DNA of 26,418 nt, taken from an uncultured Lentimicrobiaceae bacterium (GTDB lineage: Bacteria; Bacteroidota; Bacteroidia; Bacteroidales; WCHB1-69). The position numbers were made by a program, and so were the translations under genes. Under the pieces are notes generated by a model. It ran no database searches. It saw nothing but the letters and a program-made list of their open reading frames with translations, and was not told where the DNA came from. Shown here one piece after another: positions 8,341-18,684 of this stretch (position 1 is the first letter of the stretch; every line of letters begins with the position of its first letter). The DNA lies in NCBI GenBank assembly GCA_964371885.1, contig CAYJOY010000002.1:1-26418 (forward strand), given 5' to 3'.

Positions 8341-9865
8341 ATGGCACACGAATTATCAGAACAGGAAATTATTAGAAGAAAAAAACTAGAGGATTTCACC
8401 AATCTCGGCATTAACTGCTACCCTGCAGATTTATACGAAGTAACTGCTACCTCGGCAGAAATATTGGAAAATTTTCCTAAAGACAACACATTATACCAAG
8501 AGGTAAGCTTTGCAGGAAGAATTATGAGCCAGCGCGTTATGGGCGCCGTCTTTCTTTGTCTTGCAAGATGGCGTAGGGAGAATTCAGATATATGCTAAAC
8601 GCGATGAACTTTGCCCTACCGATGACAAAACCATGTACAACGGAGTATTTAAAAAATTAGATATTGGCGATATTATTGGGGTAAAAGGATTTGTATTCAC
8701 TACCCAAACAGGAGCTACCTGTATCCATGTGCGCGAGTTTACTATCCTTTCTAAATCGTTGAAACCACTTCCTATCGTAAAAGAAAAAGATGGCGAAACA
8801 TACGATGCCTTCCAAGATCCAGAGCTTCGTTACCGTCAACGTTACGTCGATTTAATTGTAAATCCAGAGGTAAAAGATACCTTTATAAAAAGGACAAAAT
8901 TGGTAAATACCATGCGCAACTACCTCAACGAAAAAGGGTATCTTGAAGTGGAAACTCCAATTTTACAACCTTTATATGGTGGTGCTGCTGCACGCCCGTT
9001 TAAAACACATCACAATAAATTAGATATGACACTCTATCTAAGAATTGCTAACGAACTTTATCTCAAACGATTAATAGTTGGTGGATTTGATGGAGTATAC
9101 GAGTTTTCTAAAGATTTCAGAAATGAGGGAATGTCTCGTTTCCATAATCCTGAATTTACACAGATGGAACTTTACGTGGCTTACAAAGATTATGAGTGGA
9201 TGATGAACTTAGTAGAAGAGATGGTAGAAACGGTAGCTTTAGCTCTTCATGGCACTACACAAGTGCAAGTGGGAGAGAATGTTATTGATTTTAAACGCCC
9301 ATGGAAACGTTACACTATGTATGGTGCTATTGAGCACTTTACGGGTGTAGATATTTCGAACATGGACGAAACAGAGATGGCCGCTTTTGCAAAAAAATGT
9401 GGGGTTGAAGTAGATAAAACCATGGGAAGAGGCAAACTCATTGACGAAATTTTTGGCGAAACTTGCGAAGCTCAACTCATACAGCCTACTTTTATTCACG
9501 ATTATCCGTTAGAAACATCTCCGCTTACGAAAAAACACCGTAGCATCCCTAATCTAACCGAACGGTTTGAAGCAGTATGTAACGGAAAAGAGATTTGTAA
9601 TGCTTACTCAGAATTAAACGACCCTATTGATCAACGCAAACGTTTTGAAGATCAGCTAGAACTTGGAAAACGTGGCGATGAGGAATCGATGGTTTTAGAT
9701 GAAGATTTCCTACGATCATTAGAATATGGAATGCCGCCAACTGCTGGCTTAGGCATCGGTATTGACCGACTATCTATGATTATGACCAACTCTAACTCTA
9801 TACAAGACGTGCTCTTCTTCCCGCAAATGAAACCAGAAGCAAGAGAGCAATCTGATAAACAATGA
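8341..9865 (+). CDS. lysS: Lysine--tRNA ligase (class II), split by an apparent frameshift at ~8548
   Basis: ORF 8341 gives the N-terminus ([13 protein letters not shown]...[11 protein letters not shown]). The next frame continues [15 protein letters not shown]...[37 protein letters not shown]. Confidence 0.93.
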
Positions 9866-12327
9866 GTTTAATTACCCCACAACAGCTGTTAAATATAACG
9901 CCCATTGTGCGCCATTCCTCTATTTTGGAGAATACGCCCATTGATAAATTGTTATACGACAGCCGTTTAGCAACATCCGAAAATTCGCTCTTCTTTGCCA
10001 TGATTACTCCGCAAAACAATGGGCACAAATATATAGAAGGATTATGCCAAAAAGGGGTAAAAAACTTTGTTATATCTCAAGATATTGAAGAATACCAACA
10101 CCTCAACGGACAGTTTTTTCAAGTAAAAGATGTGGTGCGTGCACTTCAAGATATTGCTGCATTTCATCGGGGCCATTTTAACATTCCCGTATTGGCTATA
10201 ACAGGAAGCAACGGCAAAACTATTGTAAAAGAGTGGGCGGCAAACCTCCTCGGTAAAAAATACAATATCGTTAAAAATCCTAACAGCTTCAACTCTCAAA
10301 TTGGAGTTCCGGTCTCTATCTCTTTATTGAGAGCAGAACATCAAATGGCAATTTTTGAAGCCGGCATCTCTAAACATGCAGAAATGGAAAAACTTGAGAG
10401 AGTTCTCCATCCTACTTTGGGCATCTTAACTATGATTGGAGATGCCCATTCTGCGTTTTTTTCATCAGAAAAAGAGAAATTAGAAGAGAAACTAAAGCTC
10501 TTTAACAAGGTGAAAACTTTGATATATTGCAGTAATAACCATCTTATATACCGAACATTACAAGAAGACCCATACAATCACATCCCTAAAATTAGCTGGG
10601 GAGTTCGTCCTACCGACAACTATTGCATTACAGCGCGCAACAGTTATCGCAGCGAAACCCATATTCTCTTAAATAATTTTACAGACACTATTGTTATACC
10701 ATTTATAGACGACGCCTCTATTGAAAATGCTATGCATATTGTAGTGATGGCATTGCATCTTCGCTTTTCTATTGCAGAAATTAATGAGCAGTTGCAACAC
10801 CTATCGCTAGTAAATATGCGAATGGAGATCGCCGAAGCGCTGCATCATTCCATTATTATTAACGATACTTACTCTTTAGATAAAAACTCGCTGCGTATTG
10901 CGTTACAATTTTTAGATACACAGACGCAAAAGAGGAATAAAACGGTTATTATCTCCGATTTTGAGCAGAATTTAGCCGATCATCACTTCTACACATCACT
11001 CATTGGTTTGTTTAAGGAGCACCATATTACCAAACTTGTTACAGTAGGTAAGCATTGGCAAGGGGTGGTTCCCAACAGCGGCGGCATTTCTTGCTACCAT
11101 TTCCACTCTACCGAAGAGCTTATCAGCAATATTCGCCAGTTACATATTCAGGAGGAGGCCATTTTGGTAAAAGGGGCACGCTCGTTCCAGTTTGAGCGCG
11201 TGGTACATGCCTTAAAAATGCGCAAACATCGTACTGTTATGCAGATTAATTTATCGGCATTATCAGAAAATTACAACTATTACAAAAAGCAACTCGCCCC
11301 CAATACTAAAATTATGGGCATGGTGAAGGCTATGTCGTACGGACTAGGAGATGTTGAATTAGTGAATGAGCTCTGTTTTCACGACATTGACTATTTGGCA
11401 GTTGCCTACGTTGATGAAGGGGTGGCTTTACGCGAAAGAAACGTAAAAACCCCTATTATTGTACTAGGCGCAGAGGCTTATGGCTTCGAAACCATGCTAC
11501 AATATCAACTCGAACCAGAGATCTTTAACCTCCACTATCTTCAGCAATTTGGGGAGATAGTAGCACAACATCCCGACATCTCATCCTACCCTATTCATAT
11601 TAAGGTGGAGACAGGGATGCACCGATTAGGGTTCGACGAGGAAGATTTTCCCTCTTTAATTGAGCTGCTCTTACAGTATCCGCAGTTAAAAGTAACCTCT
11701 ATTTTTAGTCATTTAGCTGCTGCCGACAGCACTTCGGAGGATCATTTTTCTCGGTTGCAGATACATGCTTTCGAAAAAATGGCTCACACCATTAGCAAGG
11801 CATTCCCATACCCTATCATTCGTCATTTGGTTAACAGTGCGGGTATCACACGATTCCCAGAGGCACATTACGACATGGTTCGCCTCGGGCTAGGGCTTTA
11901 TGGATTCTCTAATGTGGACAATGAACAAAAAGCGTTACAACATACGGTAACACTTAAAAGCATTGTTACCCAAGTTAAAACAGTAAAGGCTGGCAACACA
12001 ATTGGGTACGACCGCTCGTTTCGAACAGCGGGGGATATGCAAATTGCCATTGTCCCTATTGGCTACGCCGACGGCTACCCTCGCGAGTTAAGTAATGGCG
12101 CTGGCAAGATGGTAATAGCGGGAAAAAGCTGCCCCATTATAGGGAAAATTTGCATGGATATGTGTATGATAGATGTAACACACATTAATGTAAGCGTTGG
12201 GGATGAGGTAATTATATACGGAAATGAGATTCCTATTTACGAAGTTGCTCAAACCATTAATAAAACCCCTTACGAATTACTTACCGCCATTACACGGCGG
12301 GTACAGCGCGTCTATATCCGCGAGTAA
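9862..12327 (+). CDS. alr: Bifunctional MurF-like ligase / alanine racemase
   Basis: N-terminal Mur ligase ([17 protein letters not shown]). C-terminal racemase (VKAMSYG PLP lysine, [22 protein letters not shown]). ATGA overlap with lysS. Confidence 0.93.
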   Translation: MSLITPQQLLNITPIVRHSSILENTPIDKLLYDSRLATSENSLFFAMITPQNNGHKYIEGLCQKGVKNFVISQDIEEYQHLNGQFFQVKDVVRALQDIAAFHRGHFNIPVLAITGSNGKTIVKEWAANLLGKKYNIVKNPNSFNSQIGVPVSISLLRAEHQMAIFEAGISKHAEMEKLERVLHPTLGILTMIGDAHSAFFSSEKEKLEEKLKLFNKVKTLIYCSNNHLIYRTLQEDPYNHIPKISWGVRPTDNYCITARNSYRSETHILLNNFTDTIVIPFIDDASIENAMHIVVMALHLRFSIAEINEQLQHLSLVNMRMEIAEALHHSIIINDTYSLDKNSLRIALQFLDTQTQKRNKTVIISDFEQNLADHHFYTSLIGLFKEHHITKLVTVGKHWQGVVPNSGGISCYHFHSTEELISNIRQLHIQEEAILVKGARSFQFERVVHALKMRKHRTVMQINLSALSENYNYYKKQLAPNTKIMGMVKAMSYGLGDVELVNELCFHDIDYLAVAYVDEGVALRERNVKTPIIVLGAEAYGFETMLQYQLEPEIFNLHYLQQFGEIVAQHPDISSYPIHIKVETGMHRLGFDEEDFPSLIELLLQYPQLKVTSIFSHLAAADSTSEDHFSRLQIHAFEKMAHTISKAFPYPIIRHLVNSAGITRFPEAHYDMVRLGLGLYGFSNVDNEQKALQHTVTLKSIVTQVKTVKAGNTIGYDRSFRTAGDMQIAIVPIGYADGYPRELSNGAGKMVIAGKSCPIIGKICMDMCMIDVTHINVSVGDEVIIYGNEIPIYEVAQTINKTPYELLTAITRRVQRVYIRE

Positions 12328-12343
12328 CAAGCCCCCAAATTTC

Positions 12344-13816
12344 CTACTCTAAAACAAAGGCACGCTGCTCATCATAAAAAATTGGGCTGTTATTTCCTAA
12401 AAAATCTACCATTGCAGCAGTTACTAAATATCCTGTGGCTACCCCCTCGCCTAACTCGGGGTCGGAGATGGCCATGTAGTTGTTTACAGCAATGGTAAAC
12501 ATTTCGCTATTATTCGTTAACAACCTATTATCTTTATCGTAAATATTGATGTCGAAACCGTCGCCAGTTTCATAAATTTCGTATTTCCCTTTAGAGATGT
12601 AGTAATCGATCCTTTCAATTTGACGATAACTTCTTAATACATACTCTTTTAACTCTGCTAGTGAGAGTTCAAAAGTTACTATTTCGTTAGAGAAAGGCTC
12701 TATAGTGAGAATATCTTCAAATGTAATATCGCCTTGTTCTATGATTGTATTTCGCACTCCTCCCGCATTATAAAATGCGAAATCGGCATTTACCTCTTCT
12801 GCCATAGCATCCGTCATAAAGCAGGCTACATTTTCGGTTCCAGAAATGGTTGCGGAAGCAGTACCTACCACTTGACCGAAGCTACTTTCGGTCTCTATAG
12901 CCTCTACCATTGCGCGCACCTCGGCATCTTCGGTAGTTCTTATTTCCAACTCTACCAATTCGTAGCAACGCTCTACCAACACACCCTCTTCAAATTTCAA
13001 GGTAGCCACACCCGCATATTCTAAATGGGAGCCTGTTTGTGTTATTAAAACATCGTTATAGAGGCTCTCCTCACATACTTCAACATGATTATGTCCTCCA
13101 ATTACTAGGTCGAGATTGGGTAACAACGAGGTTAAATCAACATCATCGTAGCTTCCTAGGTGCGTTAATCCAATAAAAGCATCCACTTCATCGGCTAAAT
13201 ATGCATAACTAGGGGCAGTTTCTGTGAAACTAGTAAAGGTAATATTATCTAAATGTTCGGGATTAGTAGCGGGTTGCACATTCCCATTTGAGGTCTCTAT
13301 TAATCCTAAGAAACAAATTTTCAACCCTTCTACCTCTTCTATATGATAGGGATTAACAGCTCCAATTAAGCTTGCTGACGAATTCATGTTGGCGCATACT
13401 ATCTCAAAATCTGCTTCGTCGTTACGTTTCTTTAACACCTCTTGTCCATAATCGAACTCGTGATTTCCGTAGCAAACCACATCACACCCTATTTTATTCA
13501 ATAAACGGATCATCGGTTCCCCTCGCTCCTCCGCATAATCTACGTATGGGTTACCCGTAAAATAGTCGCCAGCACTCACTACCAGAACGGCATCGCTCTC
13601 CTTCTCCTTCTCTGCTATTAAAGATGCCAGCTTGGGGAAATTTTCAATCTGTCCATGTATATCGTTGGTAGTAACAATAGTTATGGTAACATTACCATCA
13701 TCTAGATTAGGATTATTAGGGTTATTAGGCTCATCGTATTTGTCGCACATTACGAGCGAGACTGCCGAAAGCATTAATGAAAAAAGGAGTGCCATTTTTA
13801 TAAGATGAGATTTCAT
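12344..13816 (-). CDS. 5'-nucleotidase / metallophosphoesterase, probable lipoprotein
   Basis: TNDIHG, AGD, GNHEFD, THLG, GGHNH, and NAGGVR / PFSN in the C-terminal domain. Signal peptide ends in Cys. Confidence 0.9.
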   Translation of the reverse strand: MKSHLIKMALLFSLMLSAVSLVMCDKYDEPNNPNNPNLDDGNVTITIVTTNDIHGQIENFPKLASLIAEKEKESDAVLVVSAGDYFTGNPYVDYAEERGEPMIRLLNKIGCDVVCYGNHEFDYGQEVLKKRNDEADFEIVCANMNSSASLIGAVNPYHIEEVEGLKICFLGLIETSNGNVQPATNPEHLDNITFTSFTETAPSYAYLADEVDAFIGLTHLGSYDDVDLTSLLPNLDLVIGGHNHVEVCEESLYNDVLITQTGSHLEYAGVATLKFEEGVLVERCYELVELEIRTTEDAEVRAMVEAIETESSFGQVVGTASATISGTENVACFMTDAMAEEVNADFAFYNAGGVRNTIIEQGDITFEDILTIEPFSNEIVTFELSLAELKEYVLRSYRQIERIDYYISKGKYEIYETGDGFDINIYDKDNRLLTNNSEMFTIAVNNYMAISDPELGEGVATGYLVTAAMVDFLGNNSPIFYDEQRAFVLE

Positions 13817-13888
13817 TAATTAAAGAGTATTATTTTGCATATTTAATTAGGTTTGTTATTTTCGAATGACAAGAATACGACAAAAAGT

Positions 13889-16744
13889 TTACCATTCGCT
13901 AGTAATAAATCGTCCGCAAACTTCAGCATAGTCGCAAAATTTGCAACGTTTCACATCATCGGTGGCCTTAAATGGGGTGGCAACATCTAATATTTCTTCT
14001 AAAAGTTCCACTACATTCTCGCTAAAAGCCTTTAGTACCTGATCTGGCACTACCCGTTCTAGTGTATACCATTTGGTTCCTCTCGTCTTTTCTTCAAAAG
14101 TAGCATATACCGTATAGTCATCGTCGGAACTGAAAATTCTTTGGAACGAAATGAGGCCACACATAATCTCATTTTTAGATATTATTTGCTCATTTTTTAT
14201 CAAAAAAGCGTAAAACAAAAGTTGCAACAATTTCGACTTCTCTGGGTTTTGAAACAAATCTCTCACTTCGCTATCTATATCAGCAGCACAAATATTTATC
14301 TCTTTCTCGTCTACTTTTCCCGTCTTATAATCGAATATAAAGGTGGTATTTCCTACAACATCTATTCTATCAATGTACCCTTTCAGCTCCAACTCATTGC
14401 CATGCACTGTTACCTTACATGTGTGTTGCCCCTCCACACTATAGATAGAGATTTGGGGATTTCGCAAATAACTTTTTAGCAACTTTAGGTATCTTTTTAA
14501 ATATTTGTATATCACATTTACCGCAAGATACAACTTCCCCTCATTTATATTTGCTTTCTCTAACCCTGGTTGCATTTTTATGATATTTTTCACTTTTTCC
14601 TCCAGGTTAGCCTCGTATTCATCAATATGAAAAGTAGGGTTTCCATGTCTCTTTATATCAATTAGAAGTTCTTTTAGCGCTTCGTGAATTACGGTTCCCA
14701 GCATATTGCTTTCCATCGCTTCATTCACCGTTTCGTAGGGTTTAATTTTTTCTATATTATTGAGATAAAACGAAAGCGGACAGTTAACATAACGTGCCAA
14801 TGAACTTGCCGAAAAGGTAAATTTTTTCAGTTTTTGAATTATAGCATCAGTCTTCTTAATCTCGATAATTTTCTCATTCGACTGCAAGCTAGGGAGGATA
14901 TGAAGCTCATTCTCTTTCCAATCAATATTTTTCATCAATCCTCTTTTTTCTATTTCGAAGCGAAGTTGATGGATGAACCTACTTTTTTCCATTAGGGAAG
15001 AAGAGGAGTCGGTATTATGAATAAGATGTACATTTTCAGCACGTTGTATCAACCTAAAAAAGTGATAGGCAAACACCGATTCTTTATATTGGCTATTAGG
15101 AAGTTGAAAATACCGTTTCACATCATACAAAATCATCGAGTTTTCGTTTGTATTTTTGGGCAAGATGGCATCATTACAAGAAAGGACGATCACATTTTCG
15201 AAATCTATAATTCTCGATTCGAGCACCCCCATTATTTGTAATCCTTGATTAAAATCGCCTTTAAAAGCTATTTGTATTCTTCCTAATTCCTTTTGAATAA
15301 AAAACTCCATCACTTGAAAATCGGAAGTTGGGATAGTTCCCTCATACTTCTTATACAGTTGCGCTACATTTTGCAACGCCGACCATACATTTTGAACGGC
15401 AAAGTAATCTATATGATACTTATCTAAATTACTGAGTACCAAATCAAACAGTTTAATAATTTTTTCGAGAAAACCGTGAGCTGTTACGGTAAGTATCTCT
15501 TTTATTTCTGTTTGAAAAGGGAGTTGTTCTTTTGTTACAAAAATTTGATTGAGTGCTATGAACTGCTCTACGGGGTCGTTAATTGTGATTTCGGTACCAT
15601 TTTCCTCTTTATTTTTCACAATAAAGCCATCAATAAGCGACGAATGGAGCAGTGCAATTACATCTTTGTGGTAGAAAAGCGGTTCTGTTTTCCCCTGCAT
15701 TTGTCTAAATCGTTCCCCATTTTTATAGCTTTGCAATATGGTGTATAACAATTGATAGGCAGAGGTATGCTTTATGGGATAGCCCATCGAGATATTGCAT
15801 TTTGCTATAGGATAGGCATGTACAAAAGGGACTATTAACGATTCGTCGGCAAGTATGAGCGCAGTATTTTCTAGATGTCCCTGCTCTTTTTCTATTTCTT
15901 GTATTAATGAGATGGCGTGATAGATTTGAGCTGTATTTCCAGCAATACCTGTTACTGTAATAGCTTTTTCGCTTTCAAAATGGTGCGAAGTCGCTATTGC
16001 TCCTAGTTTCAATTTTTTTTCGATTTGATCTAAGAAGAAACGGGCATGATTATCTTTATACAATTCATCAACGTCGAAAAGGAAGCGGCCATTCTGCGCT
16101 TGTTTGTAGTAGGCTAACACTTCTAATTCGGCGGGCGAGAGTGCCAAAAATCCTGCAAACAAATAGTGATGATTATTTGTAATTTCACGTTCATTTATTC
16201 GCTCGGCAGCATCTCTATATATCATCCCCTCATAGCCCATCTTTAATGCTCGTAATTTTTCAATAAAATGTTGTCGAATTTTCTGTAAAGATGCATAAAA
16301 TTGGAGATACTTATCTTTTGCATTCGCCCCATCTTCATTTAAAAAAACTAATTCTAGTTCTTTAATATTATGAATATTAGAGAAAATAGCTTCGCCGTTG
16401 GCCAACTGCCTATCTATTTCGTTGCAGTCGCTTAAAAAGATGGGAGCCCACGAGAGAAAGTATTTAAAGTCGTGGGCATCGCCCTTCATTACCTCGCAGT
16501 AGCTTTGGTAAAGATAACAGAGCAGTTCTTCCTCTGGCAACAACGAAAGTTCGCTATGTTGCTCCATAAAGTCATTAATGGTTAAGAAAGTGGGCGAAAA
16601 GATGGGTGCCGTTATCTGTTTAGCTATAATTTGTTGAATAAAACGGACCGCGCGCCTATTTGGAAGCACTACTGTCCATTCTTCGGTTGCTATGTTTTGT
16701 TCTCCAAGTATTAGCTCTACAACTTTATTAAGAAACGAAGACAT
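13889..16744 (-). CDS. AddB-like PD-(D/E)XK nuclease with inactive helicase-like N-terminus
   Basis: VVLPNRRA, MGVLESR, FSASSL...CP, GYIDRID, DYKTG and terminal CKFCDYAEVC (four-Cys Fe-S staple). Confidence 0.88.
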   Translation of the reverse strand: MSSFLNKVVELILGEQNIATEEWTVVLPNRRAVRFIQQIIAKQITAPIFSPTFLTINDFMEQHSELSLLPEEELLCYLYQSYCEVMKGDAHDFKYFLSWAPIFLSDCNEIDRQLANGEAIFSNIHNIKELELVFLNEDGANAKDKYLQFYASLQKIRQHFIEKLRALKMGYEGMIYRDAAERINEREITNNHHYLFAGFLALSPAELEVLAYYKQAQNGRFLFDVDELYKDNHARFFLDQIEKKLKLGAIATSHHFESEKAITVTGIAGNTAQIYHAISLIQEIEKEQGHLENTALILADESLIVPFVHAYPIAKCNISMGYPIKHTSAYQLLYTILQSYKNGERFRQMQGKTEPLFYHKDVIALLHSSLIDGFIVKNKEENGTEITINDPVEQFIALNQIFVTKEQLPFQTEIKEILTVTAHGFLEKIIKLFDLVLSNLDKYHIDYFAVQNVWSALQNVAQLYKKYEGTIPTSDFQVMEFFIQKELGRIQIAFKGDFNQGLQIMGVLESRIIDFENVIVLSCNDAILPKNTNENSMILYDVKRYFQLPNSQYKESVFAYHFFRLIQRAENVHLIHNTDSSSSLMEKSRFIHQLRFEIEKRGLMKNIDWKENELHILPSLQSNEKIIEIKKTDAIIQKLKKFTFSASSLARYVNCPLSFYLNNIEKIKPYETVNEAMESNMLGTVIHEALKELLIDIKRHGNPTFHIDEYEANLEEKVKNIIKMQPGLEKANINEGKLYLAVNVIYKYLKRYLKLLKSYLRNPQISIYSVEGQHTCKVTVHGNELELKGYIDRIDVVGNTTFIFDYKTGKVDEKEINICAADIDSEVRDLFQNPEKSKLLQLLFYAFLIKNEQIISKNEIMCGLISFQRIFSSDDDYTVYATFEEKTRGTKWYTLERVVPDQVLKAFSENVVELLEEILDVATPFKATDDVKRCKFCDYAEVCGRFITSEW

Positions 16745-16798
16745 TTAGGTAGTTTTTAAATTTTGACTAATGAGAAATAGATTTTAAACCTGTTCGAG

Positions 16799-17767
16799 TT
16801 ATTGTTTAAAAATATCTTTTATACCGCCTATGGAGCCCAATAAGTTAGAGGCTTCGTATGGGAGGTAAACGGTTTTGTTATTTTGCCCGCTCGTCATCTC
16901 TTTTAATGTTTGGATATATTTTTCGGCCAAAATGAACGATGCGGGGTCTGTTTTCGAAATTTTCATGGCTGCGGCTATCGTTTCCATTGCTTTTGCCTCT
17001 GCTTCTGCTTTTAGTATTTTCGAGCGCGCTTCACCTTCTGCTTCCAAAATGAGCGATTGTTTTTGTGCATCTGCTTGGTTTATTCTTGAGGCTTTCTCTC
17101 CCTCCGACTGTAATATTGCCGATTGTTTTTCCCCTTCGGCGGTCAGAATCTCCGCACGTTTCTTTCTTTCGGCCTGCATTTGCTGCTCCATGGCAACGCG
17201 TACCGACGACGGTGGGGTAATATCTTGCAACTCTACACGGTTCACCTTCACCCCCCACTTGTTGGTGGCATCGTCTAAAACAGTGCGAAGCTTCATATTA
17301 ATAGTATCTCTAGATGTTAAAGTTTCATCTAACTCTAACTCTCCAATGATATTTCTGAGCGTGGTTTGGGTTAATTTTTCGATGGCATTGGGTAAATTAT
17401 CAATTTCATAAATGGCTTTTACAGGGTCCATAATCTGAAAATAGAGGAGCGCATTGATCTCCGTTTGTACATTATCTTTGGTAATTACATTCTGTTTCGC
17501 AAAATCGTAAACTTGCTCTCTTAAATCTACAATACTACTTGGCTGAAATTTCTGAAACGAAGTGCCATGCGCATCAATCTTGATAGTTCTAACCACTATA
17601 GGGCGAACCGTTTCTATAATAGGAATTACAAAATTAACACCCGAGGGAAGCGTTCTGTTATACTTGCCCAGCCTCTCCACTACTAAAGTTTCGCTTTGTC
17701 GCACAATTTTTAATCCTATAAATACAATTACTACTGCCAATACGGCTAATGCTATTACTACCCACAT
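16799..17767 (-). CDS. SPFH/band-7 stomatin-like protein (QmcA-like)
   Basis: VVERLGKY, VDLRE, VITKDN, LRNIIG, WGVKVNRVE, QMQAER..RA coiled coil. Confidence 0.93.
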   Translation of the reverse strand: MWVVIALAVLAVVIVFIGLKIVRQSETLVVERLGKYNRTLPSGVNFVIPIIETVRPIVVRTIKIDAHGTSFQKFQPSSIVDLREQVYDFAKQNVITKDNVQTEINALLYFQIMDPVKAIYEIDNLPNAIEKLTQTTLRNIIGELELDETLTSRDTINMKLRTVLDDATNKWGVKVNRVELQDITPPSSVRVAMEQQMQAERKKRAEILTAEGEKQSAILQSEGEKASRINQADAQKQSLILEAEGEARSKILKAEAEAKAMETIAAAMKISKTDPASFILAEKYIQTLKEMTSGQNNKTVYLPYEASNLLGSIGGIKDIFKQ

Positions 17768-17769
17768 AA

Positions 17770-18201
17770 TTACTTTATTTTAACGGTTAATATAATACTT
17801 TCTCTGTTCGTTACTACTACGGTGGCACCCTCATCTATGGTTGCTTCATCTTCGGCACGCGCTTGCCAAAAGTCGCCATCTATTTTCACCCGCCCCGCTT
17901 TTCTACCTGCAATCGTTTCTACTACCTCTGCCTCTTTTCCAATAAGTGCATCGGCATTGGTGTTCTTTATTTTTTCATTGGCATGAAGGGTTTTCAGAAT
18001 AAGAGGTCTGATAATAGATAGGCAAAGCAGCGAACCCACGGTAAAAAGGGCAATCTGCCAAGTTAAACTCAATTCAAAATAGGCAGCCACTGCCGAAAAC
18101 AATGCCCCAATAGAGAAACAAATAACAGCAAAACTAGCCGTAAAAACCTCTATTATTACCAATATTACTGCAATTATTACCCAAATATGCCAATATTCCA
18201 T
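17770..18201 (-). CDS. NfeD-like (YbbJ) membrane protein
   Basis: Likely start MEYWHIW at 18201 rather than 18324. TM helices plus OB-fold motifs (LIGKEA, GRVKIDGDFWQA). Lies directly upstream of the SPFH gene. Confidence 0.9.
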   Translation of the reverse strand: MEYWHIWVIIAVILVIIEVFTASFAVICFSIGALFSAVAAYFELSLTWQIALFTVGSLLCLSIIRPLILKTLHANEKIKNTNADALIGKEAEVVETIAGRKAGRVKIDGDFWQARAEDEATIDEGATVVVTNRESIILTVKIK

Positions 18202-18228
18202 CTTTTTTATTTTTTTATAAATAACTGG

Positions 18229-18236
18229 CAAAGATA
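18229..18236 (-). promoter_or_regulatory. -7 promoter element for nfeD-SPFH
   Basis: TATCTTTG on the minus strand, 27 bp upstream of ATG 18201. Confidence 0.6.
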
Positions 18237-18388
18237 TAAAATAAAATGGAGCAATCCACAATAATTTACAAGAGATGCGAAGTTTTACAGTGCTAGCATA
18301 ATGCCATGCCAGATCCTTACACAATCATATACTTCTATTTCTTTTTACATTATCGATTTTTAATGAGTAATAATATTGGGGAAGCATT

Positions 18389-18429
18389 TAGGGGAGATAT
18401 AGAAAGGGAATTTTTAGAAGTTCACTATA
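18389..18429. repeat. Degenerate, internally deleted mini-copy of the MITE-like element
   Basis: TAGGGGAGATATAGAAA (14/17 to the terminal repeat) is followed by GGGAATTTTTAGAAGTTCACTATA (right-end copy). Confidence 0.5.
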
Positions 18430-18636
18430 GGGGATTTCTAAAAATTGCTTTGCCCAGATTTGAGATGAGATATTGAGTAGGTTTTTCTCATTTTTTGAAG
18501 AGCATAGCGTGCTATGTGATGATAAAAATGGGGAAAAGATGCCAATATATCGCGCAAAGATGGGTAAAACAGAGATTTTTTGTCCATTTTAATTATTGTT
18601 ATAAAATCGATGGGGAATTTTTAGAACTCCCCTATA
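18426..18636. mobile_element. MITE-like non-autonomous element with terminal inverted repeats and an internal long hairpin
   Basis: TATAGGGGATTTCTAAAAATT (18426-18446) vs AATTTTTAGAACTCCCCTATA (18616-18636): 20/21 inverted match, TATA at both ends. No ORF inside; internal stem-loop 18449-18568. Confidence 0.75.
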
Positions 18637-18684
18637 TATTAAAAGGTATTTTTTTGCGTTGTGTAAAATAAAAACTAACAACCC

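Noticed and set aside
8561..8563. TTG start for an independent 434-aa LysS
   Set aside because: It would lack part of the anticodon-binding OB fold, and homology continues upstream in the other frame.
9862..12327. MurF-Alr fusion as a novelty
   Set aside because: Well-known, widespread fusion in Bacteroidota.
18202..18324. 41-aa N-terminal extension of NfeD
   Set aside because: Contains the TAnnTTTG promoter motif and the A-rich leader; the family-like sequence begins at MEYW.
18352..18611. ATCGATTTT (18352-18360) / AAAATCGAT (18603-18611) distant inverted match
   Set aside because: Only 9 bp in AT-rich DNA and it straddles the element boundary; chance cannot be excluded.
18406..18636. Direct repeats read as a CRISPR mini-array
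   Set aside because: Only two same-orientation copies 207 bp apart with an inverted copy between them; no cas genes.
18647..18656. TATTTTTTTG as the GH3 -7 promoter
   Set aside because: The T-run is two bases longer than TAnnTTTG; plausible but unsupported.
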